This document shows positions 18,880 to 28,978 of a stretch of DNA of 64,000 nucleotides, in pieces. Under the pieces are notes generated by a model, which saw only the letters and a program-made list of their open reading frames with translations, was not told where the DNA came from and did not search any database. Made by a program: the position numbers and the translations under genes. Source of the DNA: Candidatus Bathyarchaeia archaeon (GTDB lineage: Archaea > Thermoproteota > Bathyarchaeia > Bathyarchaeales > Bathycorpusculaceae); assembly GCA_049515895.1 (NCBI GenBank), contig JBEKTQ010000020.1, positions 1 to 64,000 of the forward strand. The letters run 5' to 3'. Within the stretch, counting starts at the first letter, position 1, and every line of letters starts with the position of its first letter.

Positions 18880-19793
18880 GTTAAACTCTTCCTTATAAGA
18901 CCTTTGAGTTTATTTTCCTTCCATCGGGCATTACGTTCAGTTACGGATCCAAGAAGTGATTGATATGCGATGTCGACAAGAACAGAATCAGTTAGGAGAT
19001 CCATCTCGGCATAACGCGACGCTATTCGAGCAATCGAAATGCCAGTTCTTACAGAAACAAGCTTTGAGAATTCTTCGCTTTGCCTGGACTGATCAATAAT
19101 GTTGTAAATTTTCTGCATCGTCTCAGGATCAAGCTTGTTTTCGGGGGTGTTAGCGGCGATGATTTTGAGTTCAGTTTCTTTGGTAGGATATGATAAGCTT
19201 ATCCAAACATGAAGACGGTCCCTTAAAGCTTCAGAGATTCTGTGAGCACCAGAGAATTCGTAGGGATTGGCCACAGCTATGAAAACGAAGTTATCGTTTG
19301 CCCTAATTTTGCCAAGTCTGGGAATATACAGCGTCTTCTCTTCAAGAGGCTCCAAGAAACTATTTTGGCAAAACTCAGAGGCTCTGTTTAGTTCTTGTGC
19401 AACAAAAACTCCGCCGCCAACCATCGCAAGCAATAAAGGCCCGGGCTCGAATGCCTCCATACAGTAGCCTTTGCTAACCAGAACTGCAGGGTTAAAGGTC
19501 CCTATGAGATGACTTGGACTCATGAGTTCATCAAAAAATAATTCATAAAATGGACGCTGAGTATCATATGCGAATTTCCTAGCCAAAAGCGATTTGCCCA
19601 CACCGGGTGGACCAACAATTATTGGAGTTAGTCTTGCTGAAACTGCATCATCTAAAAGTTCATAAGCTTTCTTGTATTGCCCGTCTAAAACAATTTTTAC
19701 TTCAGAAGGTCTGGAAGCTATTTGGCGAGCAAATTGTTCTTTGAACTCTCTGGTGCTGTCGCATTGATTTTCTGTCAATCCATTTTCCCTCAT
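18870..19793 (-). CDS. MoxR-family AAA+ ATPase
   Basis: Walker A GPPGVGKS, Walker B-like VAQELNR, ANPYE, ALRDR. Confidence 0.9.
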   Translation of the reverse strand: MRENGLTENQCDSTREFKEQFARQIASRPSEVKIVLDGQYKKAYELLDDAVSARLTPIIVGPPGVGKSLLARKFAYDTQRPFYELFFDELMSPSHLIGTFNPAVLVSKGYCMEAFEPGPLLLAMVGGGVFVAQELNRASEFCQNSFLEPLEEKTLYIPRLGKIRANDNFVFIAVANPYEFSGAHRISEALRDRLHVWISLSYPTKETELKIIAANTPENKLDPETMQKIYNIIDQSRQSEEFSKLVSVRTGISIARIASRYAEMDLLTDSVLVDIAYQSLLGSVTERNARWKENKLKGLIRKSLTCK

Positions 19794-19826
19794 GTCTTTA
19801 CTATGTTTTTGTTCGTTGCAGTGTGT

Positions 19827-20075
19827 TTAGGGGTAAAGTTTCTTTTTAATTAGATAGCTTTGCGTTTTTTTAAGTATCTCGCCCTTATCGATTACGCATT
19901 TTTCTTTATCAGGGCAGCCGTCACATATTGTTGTATCAGTTGTCACCTCAAAAAGTCGCACACCGCTCATTGTTAATGAATTGTCTGAGGGTATTACGCT
20001 TGTGGCTATGTTAATGCCATAGCACATGTTGATTTCTTTGCCGTTTAAACCGTAGACTTTTCCAAGTTCTTTCAA
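19827..20075 (-). CDS. Hypothetical small Cys-containing protein
   Basis: In operon, RBS-like GGAGAAGAG upstream, CDGC-x5-C motif. Confidence 0.55.
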   Translation of the reverse strand: MKELGKVYGLNGKEINMCYGINIATSVIPSDNSLTMSGVRLFEVTTDTTICDGCPDKEKCVIDKGEILKKTQSYLIKKKLYP

Positions 20076-20124
20076 TCTCTCTTCTCCCTCACTTTAGTAA
20101 TGAGGATATCTTTCGTCACTTTAT

Positions 20125-21798
20125 TTACCACGCTTTCTTCCATGGAGCAAACTCTAAATCGTCAAATCGAAATACTTTTGCAGGACAGGTCGACTCACAT
20201 TTTCTGCAAACTTGGCCAGTGCAGCTCTCACTAGATACTCGTATCAGATGTTGTCCACTGTTTTCTTCAACCCTGAGTGCCTGTGACATACAATTCTTTT
20301 CGCATATTCCACACCCTGTGCATCCTTCAAAAGTTGCATTCAAAATAATGCCGGCATGCTCGGTTATGTGTAAACCCTTTGGCCCAAAGTCCGCGATATC
20401 TCTGATAACTACTTTATGCACCTTAGCCTCGGTTCTTTGCTCAGGATAACTTGGAACCCTAAATCTCTTTGCAACAAACATTCTTTTTTCAGGCGTTAAA
20501 CCATGTTCCCAATGGTCCATTTCAATAATGTATGCTTTCTTGAAAGTTTCGTCTTGGATGAAGGCAAAATATGTTGGCTTCATTGAATCAGCCATTTCCT
20601 GCATTTTGTCAAGGCATTCTGGATCCACAGCGCAGTCGTTTGCCATAGCTAGGGAAGTGTTTCCAACTTGGTATATGTCGCTGACTGTAGGCAATGCTAG
20701 ACCCATTTTTTGCGCTTTCACAGCATCCACATATGTTCCGCTTGCCCCACAAAGATACATGGATTTAATGTCTTCGAATGCTACTCCGCTTTTCTCAACT
20801 AATGCTGTATGTCCAGCTTTGAAAGCGGCAAAGCAACGGGTCGAATTTAAGTAGTCTTTTGGTGTGAAAACAATGTTTTGGTTTTTAGTTATGTGAAGGC
20901 AATGATCTGGCGTCTTTATATATGGAGGTAAACGTTGTAGCAAACCAGAATCGAAGCCTGTAGCCATTGTTGCAATGGTTCCTGTCCCAGTTATTCCTCT
21001 TGGTTCAAAATAAGTCGAAAGTTTCTCTTGCACTTCGCCCGTCTGAGAATTTGCAGTGAAGCTGTCTTGAGAAATCATGTCGTCGTTAAGAACTTGCATT
21101 TTCCAGTTGCCATTTTCCAATAGTGTTATATCGGAAATCGCCCCAGGCGATGCTAAGACACCTTTGTCTATTTCGCCACCTTCAATGGCAGGCCCCGCTG
21201 CACATGAACCGGTATATAGTGTATCTCCGACTTTAAGTCCAATTTCAGCGTTTGTTCCGTAATCAGTGACCATACACGGCTTTTTTTGATCAAGAATTCC
21301 TGATTTGATGATCATTGCTAATGCGTCTGCGCCAATTTGCTGTTGAATAGTTGGAGGAATAAATACTTCAGCTTCAGGATTAATGGCTAAACCTAAGGAG
21401 CCGGCATCCATAACAGTAACTCTTCTATCGAGCCTTTTAACGCCAAGTCTCCGAAGCATATTGTCTCCGCCAAAAACTAGATCGCGAACTTCCATGCCTT
21501 GAAAAATTGACATTTGCGTTGGGTTTCCGCATAGAGCCATACGTTTTACAGCTTTAAGGTCAATTTCCAAAGAGTTTAGCAAAGTATTTATTGTGTCTGT
21601 AATGATGCCATGAGCTACCGCCGAGCCTGCTTTGACTGCAAAGTGCAGATGGTCAATAACATTACTTCCAGGAAGAGGATTATGCAGAGATATGGCTGTT
21701 GATATTATTTTCTTGGTCTCGGCATCCAGAGCTTGTAGCCGGACGCCGCTGGTTCCGATATCTAAGCCAATTACTAACTCCGTAATTATTCCCTTCAG
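20125..21798 (-). CDS. ramA: RamA-type ATP-dependent corrinoid protein reductive activase (ASKHA plus C-terminal 2x[4Fe-4S])
   Basis: GLDIGTSG and HNPLPGSNVIDHLHFA lie in frame upstream of the track start; DYGTNAE, AGPAIEG, CTGCGIC, C..C...CP; start is non-canonical (CTG 21798, ATA 21789 or ATT 21786). Confidence 0.85.
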   Translation of the reverse strand: MKGIITELVIGLDIGTSGVRLQALDAETKKIISTAISLHNPLPGSNVIDHLHFAVKAGSAVAHGIITDTINTLLNSLEIDLKAVKRMALCGNPTQMSIFQGMEVRDLVFGGDNMLRRLGVKRLDRRVTVMDAGSLGLAINPEAEVFIPPTIQQQIGADALAMIIKSGILDQKKPCMVTDYGTNAEIGLKVGDTLYTGSCAAGPAIEGGEIDKGVLASPGAISDITLLENGNWKMQVLNDDMISQDSFTANSQTGEVQEKLSTYFEPRGITGTGTIATMATGFDSGLLQRLPPYIKTPDHCLHITKNQNIVFTPKDYLNSTRCFAAFKAGHTALVEKSGVAFEDIKSMYLCGASGTYVDAVKAQKMGLALPTVSDIYQVGNTSLAMANDCAVDPECLDKMQEMADSMKPTYFAFIQDETFKKAYIIEMDHWEHGLTPEKRMFVAKRFRVPSYPEQRTEAKVHKVVIRDIADFGPKGLHITEHAGIILNATFEGCTGCGICEKNCMSQALRVEENSGQHLIRVSSESCTGQVCRKCESTCPAKVFRFDDLEFAPWKKAW

Positions 21799-22280
21799 TC
21801 CGGCTTGATTGTTACTTCCGTTTTCAATTCTATTTTTGTCCCTGCCTGCAGGGCGCGCAAGGCGAAACTGTATGACTTAACAAAGTTTCCGCAGCGAATG
21901 GCTTTCTCCTTGTTCGCTTCGCTATTTGTTGTAACGTAAATTATTGCATTAACATTGTCTAAGGAGTATCCGCCGACCATAGATGATTTAACTTCCGCCT
22001 CAATATTTACTTTTAAGTCGCTTATTTCAAGACGCATACGTTCTTTAGCGTACAAGAATGTAGTTAGAATGCAGCCGCCAAAGCCATTAAAGAAAATTGA
22101 ACAAGGACTTGGCAAATCTCCTTTTCCTCCAAATTCCGTGGGCTTATCCAGACTTAGAGTATATTTCAAGCCTTGAACAGAATCTCCGAAACGACAGTTT
22201 CCACCGGTTTTTTTGTCCCAAGCCACTTCTGCAAGATATTTTAAATCGCTCGGAACGGCACTTTGAATTTTAGCATTCAT
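21795..22280 (-). CDS. OsmC/Ohr-family protein
   Basis: DKPTEFGGKGDLPSP...GGCILTT; second conserved Cys position reads YSF. Confidence 0.8.
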   Translation of the reverse strand: MNAKIQSAVPSDLKYLAEVAWDKKTGGNCRFGDSVQGLKYTLSLDKPTEFGGKGDLPSPCSIFFNGFGGCILTTFLYAKERMRLEISDLKVNIEAEVKSSMVGGYSLDNVNAIIYVTTNSEANKEKAIRCGNFVKSYSFALRALQAGTKIELKTEVTIKPD

Positions 22281-22308
22281 TTTTTACCCACTTCATTTTT
22301 GCCTTGTT

Positions 22309-23763
22309 TTATCGTCGGATGAGATTCACGATTTTTTGATCAGAGTCGTAAACATGGATTTCAAGAGGCATCTGCCCCACAGCAAAATGCGTCGCACAAC
22401 CAAAACAAGGGTCATATGCCCTAAAAGCCATCTCAATCTTGTTCAACACGCCTTGGTCGTAGCTACCCTTGTGAATGAGCCCTTTAGCTGCATCACGAAT
22501 AGACATGCAGATGGCAGGGTAGTTGTTGGTTGTCGCCACAATCATGTTTACACTTTTAATCAACGCATCTTTGTCTAAAGTGTAGTGATGGAATAAGGTT
22601 CCTCTTGCAGCTTCTACCACACCAACGCCTTCTCCAGGTTCACCTGGTTTTGCGCGCAAGTTAGTGCTCGTTATCTCGGAATCCTTAGATAGCTCCAAAG
22701 TCCGCTCTGTAGCATAAAGTAGCTCGATCAGTCTAGCCCAGTGGAAAGCAAGCGTACTGTGGACAGGTTTGCCACCTAACGTCTTATACATGACCTCGTA
22801 TTCTGATTGGGCTAACGGAGTAGCCATGCCGCTAGAAGCATTTAGTCGCGCAAGTGGACCCACTCGGTAAATGCCGCTTCCAAGGCCAGCTGTCAACCCT
22901 TTCCAACCAACCTTTTTCAGGTACGGGAATTTCGCGTATGACCATTCCTCAACGTGCTCACCTATCTGATTCGCATAATCGCTTCCTGCAAATTTTAAGA
23001 GCTCCTGACCTAATGGGTCTACAACGCGGATTTTTCCGTCGTAAAAATTAACCTTGTTGTTGCTGTCAACCATGCCCATGTAATAGGTTTTCTCGGTGAA
23101 CGCGTCGCTCATAATCATGTCAACATATTTGCTGTTTCCAAGCACAATGTCATGGAATATCTTCAGTGTAAATTGAGCGAAGCCAATTGAAGACTCTGCC
23201 ATGCGCTCGATTTCTTTCCTATTTTCCTCACTTAGTGCTTTAGAAATTCCACCAGGTAATCCGCATACAGGATGAGTTGCCTTTCCACCGATGATTTCAG
23301 TTATTTTTTGGCCGTAAGCTCGGTGTTTGATTACTTCCTTTGCCACATCTAAGCCAGCCTTCTCAATTACACCCAGAATATTGCGTTTTTCTGGCGGAGC
23401 ATCAGGACCAACTATGAAGTCTGGGCCGCCTAGGAAGTAGAAATGTAATGTGTGATCATAAATGTAATATGCAGAATTCATTAGTTCTCGAAGTTTCTTC
23501 GCAGCAGACGGCGGCTCTACATTAAAAGCCTGATCTAAGGCCTTCACTGAAGCAAAATGGTGAGCAACCGGGCAGACTCCGCAGATTCTTGTCGTAAGCT
23601 GAGGCATAAGTTCAGCTCTTCTTCCAACACAGAACTGTTCAAAACCGCGAAGTTCTGGAACTTTGAGGTAGGCGTTTTCAACTTCGCCTGCGTCATCGAG
23701 GAATATAGAGATGTTTCCGTGACCTTCAAGTCGTGTGATTGGGTCTATCACTATTTCCTTCAT
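22309..23763 (-). CDS. mvhA: [NiFe]-hydrogenase group 3c large subunit
   Basis: DPITRLEGH, RICGVC, RAYDPCFGCATH; adjacent to mvhGD-hdrABC. Confidence 0.95.
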   Translation of the reverse strand: MKEIVIDPITRLEGHGNISIFLDDAGEVENAYLKVPELRGFEQFCVGRRAELMPQLTTRICGVCPVAHHFASVKALDQAFNVEPPSAAKKLRELMNSAYYIYDHTLHFYFLGGPDFIVGPDAPPEKRNILGVIEKAGLDVAKEVIKHRAYGQKITEIIGGKATHPVCGLPGGISKALSEENRKEIERMAESSIGFAQFTLKIFHDIVLGNSKYVDMIMSDAFTEKTYYMGMVDSNNKVNFYDGKIRVVDPLGQELLKFAGSDYANQIGEHVEEWSYAKFPYLKKVGWKGLTAGLGSGIYRVGPLARLNASSGMATPLAQSEYEVMYKTLGGKPVHSTLAFHWARLIELLYATERTLELSKDSEITSTNLRAKPGEPGEGVGVVEAARGTLFHHYTLDKDALIKSVNMIVATTNNYPAICMSIRDAAKGLIHKGSYDQGVLNKIEMAFRAYDPCFGCATHFAVGQMPLEIHVYDSDQKIVNLIRR

Positions 23764-24749
23764 TGTTTAGTCACCTTTCGTCTTAAGATTGAGCTTGGTA
23801 GCGAATACATATAGAACGTTCCAAGTGGATCTTTGATTTGATCCATAAGCTTGTCCACGTCGTCTTGAGTGTAATGTTTCTGCTCATCATTTAGGTCAAA
23901 GATAGATGCCAATGCACTCATCATCGCTGCTCCTTGCTCCAATACGTTTGGACAAGGACCTCCGCAGCCCGTGCAGGGCATGTCAACAGTTAAACATTGA
24001 GCGCCACAGCCACTTCTAGTAGCTACACCCATGCAGAGTATTCCCTGCTCGAGCAGACATTTCTCCGGCTCTGGAGCTTTTTCGTAAACCCGATAAATCT
24101 TGTCTACGCTCTTGTTTTCTTTCTTCCGCGGGCATTCAAAGCAAACTGACTCCAAAGGAGCCAAGACTGAACCTTTGGGCGGCAACTGGTTCTTCGCTAT
24201 CGCATCGACTGCTTTTAGGATCAGTTTAACGGGTGGAGGACAACCAGGCAGATAATAGTCCACATCAACTGTTTGACCCAAAGTCTTTACAGTATCGTAC
24301 AGTTCTGGGAGTTTTAAGGTGCCCTCTTTCGCCTTAAAAGAGGTCAAAGGGACCACACCAGTTTGATTTAATGTGGATGGATTCTTTAGGTAAACTGTTT
24401 CAAAGATTTCTTGCCGAGTGTGCAAGTTAGCCAGACCTGGTATGTCTCCTTCATGAGCGCAAGAACCGAATGCTATAAGTGTTTTAGACTTCTGTCTCAT
24501 CAGTTTGGCCATGTGCTCTTGCTCTTCGCTGCGGATTGAACCGTTGAAAAAGCAAACATCGATGTATTTGTCAGGCATTGCTTCCACGGCTTTATACTTG
24601 ATGTCCATTGCTACTGGCCAAAACACTATGTCCGCAATTCCTACGAAATCAAGAATTTTTTCATTCATGTCCAAAACGGCTATTTCGCATCCGCCACAAC
24701 TTGCAGCCCAGTAAAACGCCACTTTGAGCTTTTGTGCACTCATTTTCAA
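23760..24749 (-). CDS. mvhG: F420-non-reducing hydrogenase small subunit
   Basis: ASCGGC, FGSCA, PGCPP, VCFEC, GCGAQC, PCTGC. Confidence 0.93.
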   Translation of the reverse strand: MKMSAQKLKVAFYWAASCGGCEIAVLDMNEKILDFVGIADIVFWPVAMDIKYKAVEAMPDKYIDVCFFNGSIRSEEQEHMAKLMRQKSKTLIAFGSCAHEGDIPGLANLHTRQEIFETVYLKNPSTLNQTGVVPLTSFKAKEGTLKLPELYDTVKTLGQTVDVDYYLPGCPPPVKLILKAVDAIAKNQLPPKGSVLAPLESVCFECPRKKENKSVDKIYRVYEKAPEPEKCLLEQGILCMGVATRSGCGAQCLTVDMPCTGCGGPCPNVLEQGAAMMSALASIFDLNDEQKHYTQDDVDKLMDQIKDPLGTFYMYSLPSSILRRKVTKQ

Positions 24750-25195
24750 TTCACCTTATTTAAGTCGCCGCCATTTTTTAGAGGGCTTGGACCTAGTTTC
24801 CTAATCTGTTCTGTAATTTCGATCATGGTCTTAGCAAAGCGATCTCCTTCAGAAGCTGAAATCCACTCTATTCTGAGCCGTTCAGGCTCTAAGCCAAACT
24901 GAGCCAAAACTTTCTTCAGAAGAGCGATTCTTCGCTGTGCCTTGAAATTTCCGGAAATGTAGTGACAGTCAGAGGGTAAATGACATCCTGCTATCAACAC
25001 TCCATCCGCGCCGCTTTTGAAAGCTTCAAGCACAAAAGCTGGATCAACCCGCCCGCTACACATAACGCGGATTATTCGTACGTTTGTCGGGTACTGCATT
25101 CTGCTAATTCCTGCGAGGTCTGCACCCGCGTAACTGCACCAGTTGCAGAGAAAACCAACAATCTTAGGTTCGAAAGCCAACTCAGTCTCAGTCAT
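24746..25195 (-). CDS. mvhD: Hydrogenase [2Fe-2S] subunit D
   Basis: FLCNWCSYAGAD, RVMCSGRVD, GCH..DCHY. Confidence 0.95.
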   Translation of the reverse strand: MTETELAFEPKIVGFLCNWCSYAGADLAGISRMQYPTNVRIIRVMCSGRVDPAFVLEAFKSGADGVLIAGCHLPSDCHYISGNFKAQRRIALLKKVLAQFGLEPERLRIEWISASEGDRFAKTMIEITEQIRKLGPSPLKNGGDLNKVN

Positions 25196-25196
25196 T

Positions 25197-26063
25197 TTAG
25201 GTCGCTCCTATCATTTCAACTACATTATCAGTTGAAACTCTGTTTTCACCTAGCCCAAGTTCATTTGGACTCAGACCTTGAGCAAGCCCTAACAGCTGTG
25301 TGTAATGGAGCACCGGAATCGCCAAATCCCGAAGCTTAGCACCCGCAACCAAATCAAATTGCATATGGCAAGCCGGACAAACGGTAACCATGGCGTCAGC
25401 TCCTGCTTTCTTGATGCTTTTTAGTTTCGCCTTCCCGAGATTCAAAGATAATTCTTCGTCAACGCCGCCTGCAGACTGACCACAGCAGAGCTTTTTCTCG
25501 CCATAATCAACGACTTTTGCTCCAGTCAACGCTATTAGAGAGTCAAGTAGCTGTGGATCTTCAGGGTTGTCTGTGTTTATCTCATATGAAGGTTTTAAAA
25601 TATGGCAACCATAATGAGGCGCCACTTTCAAGTTGGTAAGCGGTTTGACAATGCTAGCCTTAATTTTTTCCATTCCTACTTCATCGATTAAAACGTTCAT
25701 GAAGTGCTTAATTTCGGAAGTACCAGTGAATTTTCTGTTGATTCTCTTCAGGATGCTGTTCACTTGGTCATACAATTTCTTATTTGTAAGTAACTCTTTT
25801 TTGACTCGATTTAGTTGTCCGTAGCATGCTGGACATGGAGTGACGGCGTTTAATCCACTTGCGTCAAATAGCGCGAGATCTCTTGCAGCCATTACTGTTG
25901 CACTCAGGTGATCCACTGGATCCACAAAAAAACCACAACAGTTCTGCTCTTCTAGAGCAACCAACTCGATATCCAGTTTTGCAGCTACTTTTCTCATGGA
26001 AAGCTCGTAAGCATTTTCTTTTTGCGGGGTTGTGCAACCTTGGAAAAACACGTACTTCATCAT
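25197..26063 (-). CDS. hdrB: Heterodisulfide reductase subunit B
   Basis: Two complete CCG domains (GC..NCCG..CPAC; YGCH..LCCG..CPAC). Confidence 0.93.
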   Translation of the reverse strand: MMKYVFFQGCTTPQKENAYELSMRKVAAKLDIELVALEEQNCCGFFVDPVDHLSATVMAARDLALFDASGLNAVTPCPACYGQLNRVKKELLTNKKLYDQVNSILKRINRKFTGTSEIKHFMNVLIDEVGMEKIKASIVKPLTNLKVAPHYGCHILKPSYEINTDNPEDPQLLDSLIALTGAKVVDYGEKKLCCGQSAGGVDEELSLNLGKAKLKSIKKAGADAMVTVCPACHMQFDLVAGAKLRDLAIPVLHYTQLLGLAQGLSPNELGLGENRVSTDNVVEMIGAT

Positions 26064-26581
26064 ATCACCTTTTTGCTTTGATTCTCCTTTGATTTCAGAG
26101 TTTTTACTTCGTCTATGATTTTCGCGATCTCCTGTCTATCTAAGGATGTGACGGGAGGAAGCCCCAGGTCGCCACGCATTTCGTTAATAAAGTCCGGCGA
26201 ATCGAAAGTCTTTCCGTATTGAACGATGGCTTCAGCGACTTTCTTGTAGTACGGATTAATTTTCCCTTGCTCAACAGCCATGTTCCGGAGAACACGCATT
26301 ATGTCAGTAAAGTGCACTCCCTGTGGGCAACGCTCGCTGCAGGAATAGCAAGTTGCGCAGAGCCAAATCGTGGGACTATCTAATGCAAATTCACGAAGAC
26401 CTAACATCACCGCTCTGATTACTTGGGCTGGACGATATTGATTCTTGAAGCGCTCTATAGGGCAGGTGGCTTCGCATTTCCCGCATTGAAAACACTGCCG
26501 CAAGGTTTCCCCGCCGGATTGCGCTGAAACTTCATATTTGAACGAGGGATCAATTCTAAAACTGTTCTCAACTGATTGCAT
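26060..26581 (-). CDS. hdrC: Heterodisulfide reductase subunit C
   Basis: CFQCGKCEATCP and WLCATCYSCSERCP. Confidence 0.93.
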   Translation of the reverse strand: MQSVENSFRIDPSFKYEVSAQSGGETLRQCFQCGKCEATCPIERFKNQYRPAQVIRAVMLGLREFALDSPTIWLCATCYSCSERCPQGVHFTDIMRVLRNMAVEQGKINPYYKKVAEAIVQYGKTFDSPDFINEMRGDLGLPPVTSLDRQEIAKIIDEVKTLKSKENQSKKVI

Positions 26582-26583
26582 GA

Positions 26584-28617
26584 TTATGCTTCCTCCTGAA
26601 TCTTAATTGGTTCTGTCTTACCCGTGCAATTGCTCGCTTCTGGTGCCAATGCTCTTATCTGAGCCAAGATTTGTTGATCCGTGAAATGCCGCAGCGATAT
26701 CGATTTTGTTGGACATGCTGAAGCACAAACACCACATCCCATGCAGGTTATCTCAGATACTGATGCCACTTGCTTGCCTTTCTTCTCCTCCATCTTTATC
26801 GCATCATACTTGCACAGTGAAACGCAAACTCGGCAACCGCTACAAAAATCTTCATTCACTACGGCAATTGAAGACTCGGTTCTTATTTTTCCTTTAGAGA
26901 GGAGTGATGCAACGCCTGAGGCGGCTGCTTTCGCCTGCGCGACACTAGCAGGTATGTCCTTTGGCCCTTGACAGGCACCAGCGAGAAATACACCCATTGT
27001 GGGCGTGTCAACAGGTCTAAGCTTCGGATGAGTCTCCAACAGGAACCCATCTGCTCCCCGCGGAATTCTTAGAATTCGGGTTAGGTCTGCAATTCCTTTT
27101 GGCGGGATCATTCCTATAGATAGAATTACCATGTCAAGGTCTACTTCCACCATTTTTCCCAAGACAAGATCTACCACTCTCACGGTCAAGTTCTTCGTTT
27201 CAGGGTCTTCGGTTAGTTCAGCCGGTATTCCTTTTACAAAGGTAACCCAAAGGTCACGCGCCCGTTGGTAGAACTCTTCAAATCCTTTTCCAAATGCTCG
27301 AATATCATTGTAGAAAATATAAACTTCATATTCGGGGTGCTTTTCCTTTATCAAGACAGCTTGTTTGATGGCGCTCATACAGCAGATGTTTGAGCAGTAG
27401 ATATTTCCTGTTCTTTCATCTCTGGAGCCTACGCATTGAATGAAAGCAATCCTGTGTGGTTCTTTGCCATCCGATGGACGCAAAAGTTTGCCTTCTTGCG
27501 GACCAAATGCACTGATCAATCTTTCAAAATCCAAGCTTGTAACAACGTTTTTGTATTTTCCATATTGGAACTCCTTCAGCGTGGATGGGTCGAAGGGCTC
27601 AAAACCAGTGGCAACGATGACAGCGCCTACATCTAGTTCGACGATTTGGTCTTTTTGTTCATAGTCAATTGCTTTGGCTTCGCAGAATTTTTCGCATAAT
27701 TTGCAGACACCCTTGGTGAAGTACAGGCAGTGTTCTTTGTCAATTGTGTAGATTGCTGGAACTCCCTGGGGAAACGGTATGTAGACTGCTTTTCGCATTC
27801 CCAGATTCATGTCAAACTCGTTAGGCGTTTTTACTGGACATTTTGATGCACAAACTCCGCAACCGACACATTTCTTCTCGTTAACGAATCTAGCCTTTTT
27901 CAGGACCTTTACGTGAAAGTTTCCTGCAACGCCTGAAACCTCTTGAACCTCGCTGTTTGTTAGAAGGGTAACATTTGGGTTCTTGGCTACATCCACCATT
28001 TTCGGCGCAAAAATGCAAATCGAACAGTCCATGGTTGGGAAGGTCTTATCGAGTTGAGCCATATGCCCGCCTATTGTAGGTTGTCTTTCGACCAGACATA
28101 CTTTGTAGTCTTGTTCTGCAAGGTCAAGAGCTGATTGAATACCGGCTATACCTCCACCGATGACTAATACTGATTTGAGTGCGGGAACCTCTTTTACTTC
28201 CAAGGGCTCTAGAAGCCGGCTTCTGGCAACAGCCATGCTTACCAATTCTTTGGCTTTTTGGGTGGCCTTGGCGGGTTCCTTCATGTGAACCCATGAGGAT
28301 TGCTCTCTTATGTTGACCATTTCGAAAAGGTAGGGATTGAGCCCTGCCTGCTCCATTAATTTTCTGTATGTTGGTTCATGCATTCGAGGCGAACATGCTG
28401 CGACGATTACTCTGTTGAGCTTTTGTTCTTTAACATCCTTTTTGATCATTTCTTGACCGGGGTCGGAACATGTGTATTTATAATCTTTAGACACAACAAC
28501 ATCCGGAAGAGTTTTCGCAAATTCTGCCACTGCTTTCGCGTCCACTGTGGCAGCAATGTTCAAACCACAGTGACAAATGTAGACACCTATTCTTGGTTTC
28601 TCAGTCATTATGTTCAC
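26584..28617 (-). CDS. hdrA: Heterodisulfide reductase subunit A
   Basis: ICHCG, ACSPRMHE, GGGIAG, KTFPTMDC, QCVGSRD, CSNICC, GPKDIP, ferredoxin domains. Confidence 0.96.
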   Translation of the reverse strand: MNIMTEKPRIGVYICHCGLNIAATVDAKAVAEFAKTLPDVVVSKDYKYTCSDPGQEMIKKDVKEQKLNRVIVAACSPRMHEPTYRKLMEQAGLNPYLFEMVNIREQSSWVHMKEPAKATQKAKELVSMAVARSRLLEPLEVKEVPALKSVLVIGGGIAGIQSALDLAEQDYKVCLVERQPTIGGHMAQLDKTFPTMDCSICIFAPKMVDVAKNPNVTLLTNSEVQEVSGVAGNFHVKVLKKARFVNEKKCVGCGVCASKCPVKTPNEFDMNLGMRKAVYIPFPQGVPAIYTIDKEHCLYFTKGVCKLCEKFCEAKAIDYEQKDQIVELDVGAVIVATGFEPFDPSTLKEFQYGKYKNVVTSLDFERLISAFGPQEGKLLRPSDGKEPHRIAFIQCVGSRDERTGNIYCSNICCMSAIKQAVLIKEKHPEYEVYIFYNDIRAFGKGFEEFYQRARDLWVTFVKGIPAELTEDPETKNLTVRVVDLVLGKMVEVDLDMVILSIGMIPPKGIADLTRILRIPRGADGFLLETHPKLRPVDTPTMGVFLAGACQGPKDIPASVAQAKAAASGVASLLSKGKIRTESSIAVVNEDFCSGCRVCVSLCKYDAIKMEEKKGKQVASVSEITCMGCGVCASACPTKSISLRHFTDQQILAQIRALAPEASNCTGKTEPIKIQEEA

Positions 28618-28689
28618 TCTAACCTTTGCGCTCTCGAACGTAGCTCTTTCTAGATTTGAATTGCTCTTAGTGCTTATAGACTCTGGTTA

Positions 28690-28703
28690 GTTGCAAAAGC
28701 GAC
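28690..28703 (-). promoter_or_regulatory. Island operator (GTTGCAAAAGCGAC on +) upstream of hdrA
   Basis: On the minus strand followed by 11 nt and then TATAAG (28678-28673). Confidence 0.75.
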
Positions 28704-28978
28704 AAACAGAGAATCAAAACATCCATTTGTCGACCCAAGTTGTATGAAAGGTCTTGAAAAGCTGAGAGCAACATCTGGATTTTTGAGCTCCAAGACTTAA
28801 TTCAGTTTCGTGTTTTTCTCCAAAAATGAAATCGGCGGCTACAAAACGTACAAATGAATGTCGAAGCCAAAATTCCCGCCAAGACTTTGATGCAGCGCGC
28901 GCGAAACCAATTTTAAAAGGAAGAAAAACAAGCTCCAAACTAAAGTCTTCTATTAACTTACGGATTTCAAGAAGATTT

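Noticed and set aside
22309-28617. Selenocysteine in Hdr/Mvh
   Set aside because: ORFs are uninterrupted and carry Cys at the relevant motifs
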